This document shows, piece after piece, positions 11,961-23,839 of a DNA stretch of 64,000 nucleotides. The stretch is from Octopus sinensis (taxonomy: Eukaryota). Location of the stretch: NCBI RefSeq assembly GCF_006345805.1, contig NC_043001.1:83886001-83950000 (forward strand), given 5' to 3'. The notes beneath the pieces are model-generated. The model made no database searches, had not been told where the DNA came from, and saw only the letters and a list, made by a program, of their open reading frames with translations. Position numbers and translations under genes: made by a program. How positions within the stretch are numbered: position 1 is the stretch's first letter; the number at the start of each line of letters is the position of its first letter.

Positions 11961-12763
11961 TAAATGTATTATGAATCATTTGATATTAAATAGAATATAT
12001 AATTTGTATACAACACTAATATTATTATAAATTCACAGCTTCCCCCAATCCACTGCCAAAAAAGAAACCTTCGTTACATATTTTTACTCGATATAATAAT
12101 GCACACATTTACAACGCATATTGAAGAAGTCAACAATATAGTGGTTAACATGTTTTTTTAAAGTTTTTAATTATATCATCAGGTTTTGGGCTCAACAAAG
12201 CGTCTTTTATTAGGCGTGAAATGAAATCGATTTGCTTGAAGAACGACAATTTTATTCGTCAAATTATATATACATATATCAAACGTTAGAAGTGTAGCCG
12301 GTATGATTAAATGTATCAAGGAAAGGCATTTTGGCGCAAGCAGAGAATATGGTGAGCTTTGTTGAAATATAATACAACACTTACAATGAATTAAATTTTC
12401 ACAAAGAAAAACTTTCTTCTGAAATGTGTGAAACAGGTTTTCAAAAGCATTTGGACAAAGGTTTCCAAGATCTTCTGATGGTTTAACATTATTCACTCTT
12501 CAACCGCAGTTCTCTCTTCGGGGTACAGCAGAAACATATCTTGTCGCCTCTGTTTAGCAAAAGAACCTTTAGCGGCAACGTTCAGCAAAGTGCTGCACAC
12601 ATGCACAGCGATAGTGTTTCGGTAAATGGAGCTTTCCACTTCGTAAATGCAAACAATATGTGAAGGAAGATAGTTAACTCGCTTTGATACATCACCATAT
12701 TATCCCGTAGCAAGCCAGTAAGGAGTTAAGAAAAAAGTTAGGAAGAAAAGAGAAGCAACATTA

Positions 12764-12990
12764 TAATAAATCTCAGAGCTAGTTATAAACAGCAGCTGCA
12801 ACACATCGTGACGTATATTTGCCATTTAAATATGGCTAGCCCCTAAGGGTGGATGCTACTGTAGTTTGTAGCCCCAGGAGAACACCTCCATCTGGCTTTA
12901 GACAACTGGAGGCGGTGTTCTCCTGGGGCTACAAACTACAGTAGCATCCACCCTTAGGGGTTAGCCATATTTAAATGGCAAATATACGTC
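12764..12990. repeat. Near-perfect 77-bp-arm inverted repeat (12810-12886 / 12914-12990) between short direct repeats
   Basis: The arms differ at one position (G-U compatible). AGAAGCAACATT occurs at about 12752 and 12992. Confidence 0.85.
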
Positions 12991-13499
12991 AAGAAGCAAC
13001 ATTGTTATACAAAAATTGAAAAATAAAATATTTTTTCTACTCTAGGCACAAGGCCCAAAAATAAAGAACAAACTATGCAAACAGACTGAGAGCAAGTGTC
13101 AGGAGTACGCTTCCCACAAAGGTACTTTCCGTAGAGTTAGCATATAATTTATGACCTAAAACAATGCACAACTTTACATGGAATAAAAATCACAAAATAC
13201 AGTGGTGGTCAATAAGTGGTTGCAAGTGCAGGTCTTGATTACTAGTAGTGCAGCAGTATTAATGGTACAAGAGTCTCCCACAATAGAAAAGAAATACATG
13301 CAACAAAGGAATGTTTAAAAAAGACGACTGTTATAAGTCCTGTATGAAAGAAATTTCGCACCAATAACAAGAGTTTGTTCGTATAAATGTCACAAAGTTC
13401 GTGCATTAAAAAATATAAGTTGCTATGGTGTTCATAGCAAAAGAAAAGAGATGAAAGACTAAAGCCAGAATAGTATGCCACTAAAACAGCCCATCCAGG

Positions 13500-14420
13500 T
13501 AGGCTTTTAGGGAGGGGCTCAAAGAGAAGGATAAGCTTGAAGTGAAAGTAGCCTCTCAACTTTAGGCTGAATTGTTCTAAAAGTAGGCTGTGATCACCAC
13601 TCTCCGTAATTCGGAGTTTACACCGCTGGTTTGCAAGATGACAAGTGACCGCACTGAATCCTCTCAACCAAATAAGATGTTGGAAAGGCAATGATAAACA
13701 ATTTGACTTTCTTCCAAAGCTCTGGAATGCGGTCACAGATAGCCTTTTGAAGCCAAAATTCTTGGTAGCACTTGCATAATTTAGGCTTCAATTTAATATC
13801 ATTTTGAAGAATTATCAGCTCGTCTAACTCTCCACTCTTTTCTTCGATGTCAATGGAGTTGATAATCTAGATAGGATCAGGAAGAGCAAACAGATCATGA
13901 AATCGACGCTCCATATCTTGGTGCAGTTCAGTGAGGTGGGAGCAAAAGACAAGCAGATCCTCGTTTGTAGGTTTTCCGTCCTTTTCAAAACCAGACGAAC
14001 AAGAAAACTAGAAAAAATCCCTGCGTTCAATATTGCGCTTATACACAAGTTTCACTTGAAATATTGAGATGGTTGACTTAACTTGGATGAGAATAACATC
14101 TCCTTGCAGCTGCTTATTCATCTCGTTGAATTTAGTGAATAAGTCAGACAAGTATGCAATATATTTATACTTTTAAGTCATTTTCAAAGCAAAGCTGTTA
14201 AAACAGGCGGGAGTTCAGAGCATGAGATATGATTTTATTCACGGCAGTGATCGTGTTTAGGGAATAGTTTAGACGACTACTGAGATTTCGCGCAACAAGA
14301 TGTCTGAATCATGCAGTGCATCGTGAAGACATCAGGTAGATTGACTGAGATAACTTATGAAGCCGCGATGACAGCCAGTCATCGATGGTGCACAGGTTAC
14401 AATATTAGGATGCCTCTCAC
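13500..14420 (-). pseudogene. Degraded hAT transposase (Buster/Charlie/ZBED5-like)
   Basis: Minus-strand fragments APSMTGCHRGFISYL, MHCMI.RH, LNSRLF.QLC, IAYLSDLFTKFNEMNKQLQG and RGFSAVT...RITESGD. Confidence 0.75.
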
Positions 14421-14429
14421 CAATTGAAT

Positions 14430-16655
14430 TGTAAGTTATTGATTTTTGAGTTGGAATTGTTGTTTGGAATTGCTGTTTTGAAGTTGCTGAAAATCTTATT
14501 GTTGAATTGTACTGTAAATATTGTTATTAAATCGCCCGGGAGGGCGAGCCAAAATTATGGCTAGCCCGAAAGAGGTAGAGATGGAAGAGTATGTAGAAAG
14601 CATTATTGAAACAAGGCTGGAAGATGATTCCGAAGAAGAAACAACGAAAAATGGAAAACAACAGAAGAAAAAATCATCAACTACTAATCGATGTTCCAAG
14701 CCTGATGACAAGAAAAAAATGGAAAAGAAGTTAAATTTTGCTGCAGCTGCTGGCGCAAAAGAAAGGAAAATTAATTTCAACAACATGGAGAACTTTAAGA
14801 AATTGCTACCGAGACAAGGATTTAAAACCAATATAGACTAATATTTAAAACCTTCGAAGTAAAAGACAAAAAGATCGACTACGTGGTAGAGGCAGAGATA
14901 GAAAAATCTCTCCAACCAATTTGTAGTAAGATTAAATATGTGGCAAGATGGAAGTTCGCAACTGTGGATGTCAGGATGGAGTCGGAGGAAGAGGCTCGGC
15001 GACATTCAGTCGACCCACTTCGGACTGAAGAAGTGGTGCTTCTACCCATATATATGGGTAGAAGAACGTCAAGGATTAGCATTCTGAATATTCCCCATGA
15101 GGTGGAACCAGAGTGGCTTGTCGCAGCAGTAACGATGGGCCTAGAAGAGAAAATCGAAATAGAAGCTGCCGTGGATGAACAACGCAACTGGTATGGCCAG
15201 AAAATAAAAATCATCATACAAGCAGAGCAAACCACGCTGGAGAAAATTACAGAAATTATTGAGGTTGGTGAGAACCCTCTGGTAGTGATGGTAGAGGGTC
15301 GCCAGCGTCGATGCTTCCAGTGTAGCAAGAAAGGCCAACTCAGGGCGGAATGTAAACCCAAGGAGGTAGAGAGGAAGAAAGTGGAACCAGTAGAACTAAC
15401 AACACCGTCGACTTCTCAAGGAACACCCAAGACACCAACACCAGAGCCAGAAGAAAAAGAAGGGGAGGGATGGTCTCTGGTTCATAGTAAGAGAAAATTA
15501 AAGCCATCCTCACCGGAAAAAGAAAAGAAAAAGAAGCAAGGCAATACAAGAAGGCGAAAGCCGTTAAAGGGTGGGTTAGTGATGCCTTGGCTGTTGATGC
15601 GCAAGAATGCACTGAGGTTGAGGCATCTCTGGCTCTACCTGGATGATGAACGGGTGTGGTCTCCGCTCGCTAAACGGATGTTCCCCAGATGTAACACTTT
15701 TGGCGGTAGAGAAAACTGGTTTCGTCCTAGATAGAGGTTAGGTACCAATACGGAGTACCGCAAGGCTCTCATGCAGTTCCACAACTCGGGCAATGCCAGC
15801 GGTTTTGGCACCACCATAGTAGTGTGGTAGAAGCGGTTTTGGCACTATCCATAGTAGTGTGGTAGAAGCTGGAAATGATGATGGCCTGAAATGGACATTG
15901 GGTCTCGACGATAATCAGACAGCTTATTCCGAAGAACATTCGGGCCGAAGACACTGGATAACTTCCAAAAGTATTTGGCTTGGCAGTGTTACCTAGAATC
16001 CCTACCCGTTCTGGACAAGCTCACCAGACACGGCCACCCTGGGCCGTCGGTTTGTTCAAGATGCGGGCGGGACGTGGAAACCGTCTTGCACGCTATTGTT
16101 CAGTGTCTGGGTGTGTCAGAAGTGTCGACTTATGCAGAACACCTGTTGTCAGATGGAAGACGAATACAGCTATCGTCTGAGTCAATTCTAAAAATTAACA
16201 CACCGGATTTCCCTACAGAAGAGGTAAGAATTGTTTTCTCGTAGTAGTGGCAATTGCGAGAGAGGTGATATGGAAGTCGAGAATGAAAGGTATTGTGACA
16301 GACAGCTTTGCCTTTGGCCTCGCTCTGGTGAATGTTTTCACTTTTCACCTGAAAAGGAAGGTGGAGCTGGAGAAGGTGTCAGTCAACGAGTATATTAAAA
16401 AAAAAGGACTCGCGTAGCACGTATGTTGGCAGTGAAAGGCCCTTCGTGAGCACGCCATAGGGACTACCAAAGTGTCGGTAGAGACGACAGTGCTCGTGGA
16501 GTCGGAGTTTACCTATTTTAAAAACCATTTTGTTAGATTATTCCGTATCTCATTTATATTATTTTGATTTTTTTTTTATTAGCATACGTTTGTGTATAAC
16601 CCCAAATCATACTGTATTGTCCTCTGTGTGTCTCCTTGTGGGACATAAAACGGAA
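14430..16655 (+). mobile_element. Internally deleted Tx1-like element: ORF1 fused to the post-RT end of ORF2
   Basis: ORF1 has a CFQCSKKGQLRAEC knuckle and reads directly into KPLKGGLVMPWLLMRKNALRLRHLWL. It then reaches the ORF2 zinc finger CSRCGRDVETVLHAIVQC and the 3' tail TGTCCTCTGTGTGTCTCCTTGTGGGACATAAAA. Confidence 0.8.
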
Positions 16656-16875
16656 CGAATATACAGTGCGTGTATTCATTTGGCTAGAAAAAAAAATAGT
16701 GACCGTCCCGAAATGTAACAGTATCTCATTCAACACACGATTTCACATCAAGAATCTTACAAAAATTCATAAACGTAAATTCAAGATAACTATCACTGCA
16801 ATAGCAATTGTTTTTGAGGTGTTTGCTGGTGTTTGCTAGAAGATAAGCCCCAGCAAGGCCAATGTTTTAGCAATA
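16558..16875 (+). repeat. ~315-bp direct duplication, copy 1 (copy 2 at about 19080-19393)
   Basis: Near-identical text in both places, covering the Tx1 3' tail plus about 215 bp of downstream flank. Confidence 0.9.
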
Positions 16876-17144
16876 TTGATAAACTCCTGGCTAATGGTAA
16901 AATTAAAGCGGTCTTAAATCATAACCGAGAAAAGAAAATGCGGCAGAATGCAAGTGACAAACAGGGAAGATAGTACTTCATGAAAAGAAAATGTCATAAG
17001 ACAATTTACCGCTGTAAATTGTACAAACCAGAGTGATTACAACAGTGAAAGAAGAGGTTTGGAATAACAGTGCGAATTAATCATGCGGGAACGGCCGCTC
17101 CTTTCATTTAGGTGGTAATTTTTTTAATTAGGTAAAATGTTAGT

Positions 17145-17340
17145 TTCAAATTTTGGCACAAGGCCAGCAATTTCGAGGGACAGGATAAGTCGATTACATT
17201 AACTTCAGTATTCATTTCATCGACCCCTGAAAGGGATGAAAAGCAAAGTAAACCTCAGCAGAATTAGAACTGTGAATGTAAAGACGTCCGAAATGCTGCT
17301 ACGTATTCTGTCCAACGTGCTAATAATTCTGTCTGCTCGC
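17145..17340 (-). mobile_element. Nin/Deu-like SINE, diverged
   Basis: GGCACAAGGCC...TCGACCCC..AAAGGGATGAAAAGCAAAGT pattern. Confidence 0.65.
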
Positions 17341-17359
17341 TACCACTGCTAACACTACA

Positions 17360-18400
17360 AGAACTCAAAAATACCCTAATTGACAGACACTTCCCAGCTC
17401 AACTCAGAGGATGGGATCAGACGTGCAACAGAAATCGACATAGAAACTTTGAGAAAAGTTAAACACAACAACACACCTTCCCCGAAAATACTGCCTTACA
17501 TATCCACATACAACCCCAGAAACAAAGAAGCCTTCACCATCATCACCCAGAATTTACCAATACTTCATAAGGACCCCAAATTAAAGGAAATTCTAAACAT
17601 ACATAAAATCATTAAAAGCTACAAACAACCTAAATCACTTAAAAAGATTCTCACAAAGGTAAAATTGTTTTCTGAAATTACGGATGCAAAAGTAAAAAAA
17701 TGTGAGACCAAACTGCGCAACATGCCCAAACCTTCTAGAAGGATCAGAATTCCTTTTCAAAGAGGGACAAAAATTCAAGATCAGATCTAATTTTACTAGT
17801 GCTTCTGAAAACAATTTATGTCATAAGGTACTCGGGCTGCCACCAAAACTACGTGGGGTCCACGGGACTATCACTCAGACGTAGATGCACTCTGCATCGA
17901 CAACAGTTTGCATTCCCAGAATACAGAATGATACCCTTTAGTGTGCATATTGAGAAATGCGCAAAGCAACTACTACCACAATTTTAATCTTTCCATTCTA
18001 TCAATGTGCTATTGGAACACCAACACAAATTAGATTAAACAAGGAAACATTCTTCATTGAAAATATAAGCCCAAACTTAACCATTCTAACATTCTTATAC
18101 AGAGAAACTCACCCCATTAAATAAAGGGAAAAGAAATATAAAGCGATTATCTCCCTTATACCGGAAGAAATCGCTTATTACCTCCCCCTACCTGGAACTC
18201 TTCTTTGCACTTCATAACGAAGACATAACACGATGTAGATAAAGACATTTGAGAAATTTGAAAAGTTAACACGAAACCGGTAATTTCTTCAAAAACTATG
18301 TTACTGTATGAAAAAATTTTATAACATAATGACTCAAATATATTCTCTAACCTTATAAAACAAGCCTTCTGTAGTTTTTTCACTCTTTACTATATATCCA
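17360..18400 (+). mobile_element. 5'-truncated Penelope-like element (RT thumb plus GIY-YIG endonuclease), frameshifted
   Basis: ILPYISTYNP..., RPNCATC, N.IYVIRYSGCHQNYVGSTG (GIY-YIG-like) and RRRCTLHRQQ; homologous to 54266-55105. Confidence 0.8.
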
Positions 18401-18431
18401 ACAACGTGCTTTCACACACCAACTTTCTGAC

Positions 18432-18500
<69 letters not shown>

Positions 18501-18591
18501 CGCGATTGCGCTGGTCTTCGAAAATTTTAAGACAGATGTTCCAGAGGCTTCGATGCGTTAGCCTCGTGTATATTTGCCTCCACCAAAGGTT

Positions 18592-18691
18592 TCTTTACTG
18601 ACGAAGCGTGACCTATGTTAGATTAGCTTAATTTAATTTAATTAAGCTGGTCTATCATTAAAAACGCAGAAACGATGCATCGTCTAGAAGA
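18592..18691 (+). ncRNA. Type I hammerhead ribozyme-like fold with extended stem II
   Basis: TCTTTA-CTGACGA-aGCGT-GACC..AGCTTAATT..AATTAAGCT..GGTC..ACGCa-GAAA-CGATGCATCG-TC-TAGAAG. Core intact, GUC triplet, A:A mismatch at the base of stem II. Lies 3' of the Penelope-like ORF on the same strand. Confidence 0.6.
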
Positions 18692-19079
18692 TGAATTAGG
18701 GTAAACGTTTTTAATTTTTCACCTATTTCCGAATTATATTACTTTGCGGTTAGAGTTATGGCTGCTCTGTCTAGTGGACGAATGGCCTGTTAAGGCCATT
18801 CCTAAATTGTTATATATATATATATGTGTGTATAAATTTCATTCATCGTTTTATATCCCCATACTATTGTCGCTGTCTGACCTTGTACCGTCCCCCCTGT
18901 GTTTAGATCTTTTGTACCGAATAAAAAAAATCTATATATCTGCTTGGTCAAAGATACCTCAGGGTTAAACAGACCATTTATTGTATCACGTACTGAAAAG
19001 TATAACAAAAGATATCTGATGTAGACAAGTTAAAAGTGAAAATCAGAACGGATTTACAATTCTCGGCAAGAATTTTATT

Positions 19080-19393
19080 GTATTTTAATTTTTTTATTAG
19101 CATACGTTTGTGTATAACCCCAAATCATACTGTATTGTCCTCTGTGTGCCTCCTTGTGGGACATAAAACGGAACGAATATACAGTGCGTGTATTCATTTG
19201 GCTAGAAAAAAAAATAGTGACCGTCCCGAAATGTAACAGTATCTCATTCAACACACGATTTCACATCAAGAATCTTACAAAAATTCATAAACGTAAATTC
19301 AAGATAACTATCACTGCAATAGCAATTGTTTTTGAGGTGTTTGCTGGTGTTTGCTAGAAGATAAGCCCCAGCAAGGCCAATGTTTTAGCAATA
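19080..19393 (+). repeat. ~315-bp direct duplication, copy 2
   Basis: Matches 16558-16875 with very few differences. Confidence 0.9.
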
Positions 19394-20569
19394 TATGCAT
19401 ATTAAACTTTTAATATGCATTTTATATAAAAAAAAAATCGGTTACTACTTTGAGAAAATACTAACCCAAATCAACAAGGGAATAAGGTTTACATTTTTAT
19501 GTTAAATGTAATTGCAATTATAATTTCACAATGAAGGCTTTCTAATATGTTTATTTTTAACTAAGTCCATCTGATGCCCGCTGTGTTATGCACAATTATA
19601 TATTTATTTAATGATGGACCGTCTAAAGCACAGTATGCTCATTTAGGTATTCAGTACAGTGAGAAGTTAGTGTTACGTAAGCAAATTCTGATAATATTTG
19701 AGGAGGAAAGGCTCTGGGGACAGCTGAAATCCATTGCCAAAGATTGAGACAGATGGATATCTTGTTGGTGCCCTAAGCTCCCATGGAGTACCATCTACAT
19801 AATTTTATAATTGATTAATTTAAAGACAAGGTCACTCAACACCCGCTTTTGGATTGCAGTACCTTATCCGCTTCGAAATTTCTTGCTGATACCATGGGGA
19901 TGAGTTACGACGTAATGCTTTCAATGATTCGTAATATATTAATCTCTAAGACTCAAAAATCTATTTCCCCGTATATGAACGATGGGCATGTATCTCCATA
20001 AAGTTTCACATCGAGTTCTAGCTTACATAGCACTGGATGTAACTAAAAAAGGATTAACATTTAGCAAGTCATAGAATCTGGTTATTTAAACGCTGAAATA
20101 TTTATAGCAAATCATTGCAGACGCAGCACTCATTAAAAACTGCATTAAGGAATGAGTATTGCAATGTATCCTAGAGATTCTCAAGTAGTTACTCGTGTCA
20201 GGCTCCAGCTGCTGTTTTAGCACAATTGAGCGCTAATGAACACAGTGGGTTTGAAAGAACCCAAGTTTCTATTGGTCTTTATACTACATAAAAAAAACTA
20301 AGCCAATTTAATACGGGAAAATCTCCATGTTACCTAGTAACAAGGAACCTTGCAGGTCTAACTATGACTCCATTAGAAGAGCCGAATGACAAGGCTATAA
20401 CAGAATTCCATTTTTAGTTGTTCGTTCAATATCCCTTAAATGTGATTCAAATTCTACCTCAGCACTTTAGTCATTGTTAAGGCTGAAAAGTATGTTACAA
20501 CTAAATTTAATTTCTTAAAGCTCTTTTTCTGGCTTTCTATATTTGTTAATTCGCCATAAGAGGCAAATC

Positions 20570-21010
20570 AAATGGAAATACACAGCAGAACTGATGCAAT
20601 TAATCTTAAAGAGACCCACTTCCAGTTTAAGCAATTTTATCCCAATAATACTGTAGAACATTTTGACTATCAAGTTCTGTCACCGGCTTCTTGTTACTGG
20701 ATATGGAAGTTTCGGAGCCTGGCTTACGATGATGGACTACCAATGTTAAACGGAATGACTCGTCGATTGGAGCAAGAACTTGGTTGCATCAACGAGCATG
20801 AAACTCCACGATTTATTCAAACGATATGGGCGTTTCCTTTAAGCGATGCCTACGGCATTTGCTCGAACGAGAAGAGATCGAGAGATACCTGTTCATGAAT
20901 GAGCTAGGACAAAGAGGATGGGCTAAACACAAATCAATGCCAATAGCGACTATCAACGTTGACACATTCACTAAATACGGCTGTGAATTGGTCGAAGGAC
21001 TGAAGTGAAA
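20570..21010 (+). pseudogene. Possible degraded L1/Tx1 ORF2 C-terminus
   Basis: CYWIWKFR and REEIERYLFMNELGQRGW loosely resemble the ORF2 C-terminal motifs seen in the other copies. Confidence 0.3.
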
Positions 21011-21259
21011 ATTCTTAGAAAAAGTTGCCACAATAGGATTGTAAGCCAAGTCAGTCCATTCACAACGCTGTGATTAGTGTGAGGTCTTATGGACAATCTA
21101 ATATCCACAAATATCGGTGACAGGTCCCTACATGCCTTATCCGTGTTCATCTACTGCTAACTGTGCACTCTCGATTCTAAACTTGCCTAGCAGGTGTAGT
21201 ATTGTGCCTTCTAAACCTGCCTAGCAGGAGGAGTATTGAATGTTTTTCTAATGTAAATT

Positions 21260-21615
21260 GTTCACACAATGTTTGTATTATGGCTTCCAGCCACAGCGAA
21301 GACAACGCCCAAGTATACGACAACCTGCTTAATGAACTGTACCATGAAATGTTCCCTGCCCTTCTCTGCCGCGAACAGGAGGAGAACAACGCGATTGTCC
21401 AAGATACGATGACGAATTCTGCCAAGAACACCCTAATCGACAAAAACGAAATTGAGAAAACCAAACCGAACAGACGTGGTTTCGCATCTGCAGTAACTGT
21501 GAACCATGAAACTATAAGCATTAATCCCAAAGATCTTGAAAAATACAAAAAGTTTCCAAAAACCTCACCTTGTCTGTCCCGTATTGTCCTATATGTAGCT
21601 CTTAGTGGCTAATAA
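21260..21615 (+). pseudogene. Possible N-terminal fragment of a Tx1-like ORF1
   Basis: MASSHSED...RRGFASAVT parallels the N-terminal KSFASAA/KLNFAAAA/KIDFAAAA motif of the other ORF1s here. Confidence 0.35.
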
Positions 21616-21769
21616 GGAATCGAATTATACTTAGCAAAAGAACAAAAAAAAAATGGACCAGTTCACTAAGATAGTGCCTGGGTATTTGACACGAAAGACT
21701 GAAAATAGGAACGTATCATAAGAAGCTTGGCATGGAGTATCGACAAGTTTATAACATTTTACTTTAAAA

Positions 21770-23838
21770 GCTACCTTTTAGCTTGCTCTGTGTGTGTTTC
21801 CTGTTGTGGGTAAGTTGTGTTTCATTGTGTACTGCCCGTTTTTGAATACCTCGTTCGTTATACTGCCTTGCGGCAATTGTTAGCATTGTTGAATTACTAC
21901 GAAAAGACTTGCTTGTTGAAAGCATTTATTATTCATTCCCCCGTTGGGGGGAATAATTATAATTGTGTTGTGAAAGAAGAAAATGTGTGGCTATAAGCAA
22001 AGTGCAAAAATGGAAAATATGTTTGAAGACCTGTCTAGTTCAGCAGAAGGATCGCCTCTGACTCCACAAGAAGAGTTCCCAAGACTCCCGTCTGAGACCT
22101 CTAAAAAAAATATTGTAACGAAAAAAAAAAAAAAAAAAAAAAAAAAATAGATGTAAAAAGTTTGCAAAAGGAAGAAAAAGTTTTGCGTCGGCAGCCGGTA
22201 GTAGAACCAGGCAACTCTCGACGGGAAAAGAACTTAAAAAGTATAACACAATGATGCAAAACGGTGGAAAAGTCGTGAAGGTTGAATCACCGGAGAAATT
22301 ATTACAAGAGTAGAAAAGGAAAGCGATAATCTACAAGACACAACTTAAAGAGTAAAAAAATGGACAGGATGGCAGAAGAAATCATAGAGACGTAGGCAGG
22401 AGCAAAGATTGACCGAGGAAAATTAGTCAGCTTGCAACTCAGAACCTGGAAGGGCAAGTCGGTGCCTTCGAATAGCATCGTGGACGTTGGACGCAAGGCT
22501 CGGTTAAGTTGCTAGGAGTCTGTTTTGCCCCAGATCTCCAAGAAGAAAAGAACTGGACTGAGGTATCGAAGAAAGTGGCCCTCGTAGTCAAAACCTGGTC
22601 TTGGCGGTGGCTGTCCTTTAAAAGGAGGGCAGAGGTGGCCAATGTGTTCAGAGCCTTAGTTCTATTTTTCAATATAACCGTAGTTCCTTGTCCATATTCG
22701 TGGTTGAGCAAGTTGGAGAGAGGTCTTCCGCTTCCTGTGGAAAGGCTAAACTCCACTTGTGAGGCATTCTATCTGCTATCAAAAACCGTTAGAGGTGGAC
22801 TATGGATACCTTGGCTGTTGATGCGCAAACATGCGTTGAGGTTGAGGCACCTCTAGTTTCACCTGGATGGTGAACGGGTGTGGTCTCCGCTTCCAAAACG
22901 GATGTTTCCCAAGTTCACTTGTTTTGGTGGACGAGAAAGCTGGTTTCGTCGAAGGTCGAGGTTGAGTACTTTGTATACGGAGTGTCTTAAGGCTCTCCTA
23001 CAGTTCCGTCGTTCGTGTAATGCCAGCGGTTTTGGTACCACCGCGTCTTTCTATAGCTGGTTGGTGGAGGCTTGAAGCGATAATACCCTAGGGGAGACCC
23101 TGGGTCTCGATAACAACCAGTTAAACAGTCTTTTCCAAGGTACACTGGGGTCGAAGACTGGATAATTTCCAAAGATCTCTGGCCTGGTAATGTTACGGAG
23201 GAGCCTTACCCGCTCGGAATGAGCTCACCTGACACAGTCAACCAGATATTGTTCGGAAGTCCGAAAGTGTCAGAAGTGTGGACTTATGCGGAACACCTGT
23301 TAGACACAAGAGTACAGCTGTCGTCTGAGTCAATTTTAAAAATTAACCCATCGGATTTCCTCACGAAAGAAGGTAAGAATTGCTTTCTCGTAGTAGTAGC
23401 AATTGCGAAAGAGATTATATAGAAGACGAGAATGAAAGGATTGGCGACGGCCAACTTCCTCTCCGGTCTGGGGTTGGTGAGATTCATCACCTTTCACCTG
23501 TAAAGGAAAGCGGGCTGGAGAGGGGATGCCTGTCGGAGAGGATGTTTAAAGACATGAATGTGTGTAGCGAGGATGCTGGGTGTGAAAGACTCCTCGTGAA
23601 CGTACCAGAAGGCTGAACAAAAAAGGTACCGGTAGCAGAATAGAGCTCGCGGGCTTGGAAACCTGTTTTATATCTCATTGCGCATGTGTATTTTGTCTTT
23701 TGTATTGTTTTTCATTCGGCTGTAATTCATCCGATTTTATTGTAAACGTTTATAAATTTTTATTATCATTTGTGTGTCAGACCCCGATCAGGCTGTGCTG
23801 TCCTCTCTATGTTGGACCATGTGGGCAATAAAGAAACA
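21770..23838 (+). mobile_element. Internally deleted, degraded Tx1-like element (5'UTR, ORF1 N-terminus, then the post-catalytic part of ORF2 and 3' tail)
   Basis: MENMFEDL...KSFASAAG jumps near 22350 to GAKIDRGKLVSL...LLGVCFAPDLQEEKNW...GGLWIPWLLMRKHALRLRHL. It ends TGTCCTCTCTATGTTGGACCATGTGGGCAATAAAGAAAC. Confidence 0.75.
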
Positions 23839-23839
23839 A

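Noticed and set aside
12100-12700. Possible decayed LINE coding fragment
   Set aside because: Only vague similarity; no motif I can defend.
19560-20560. Possible Helitron or other transposase remnant
   Set aside because: No diagnostic motif could be read in any frame.
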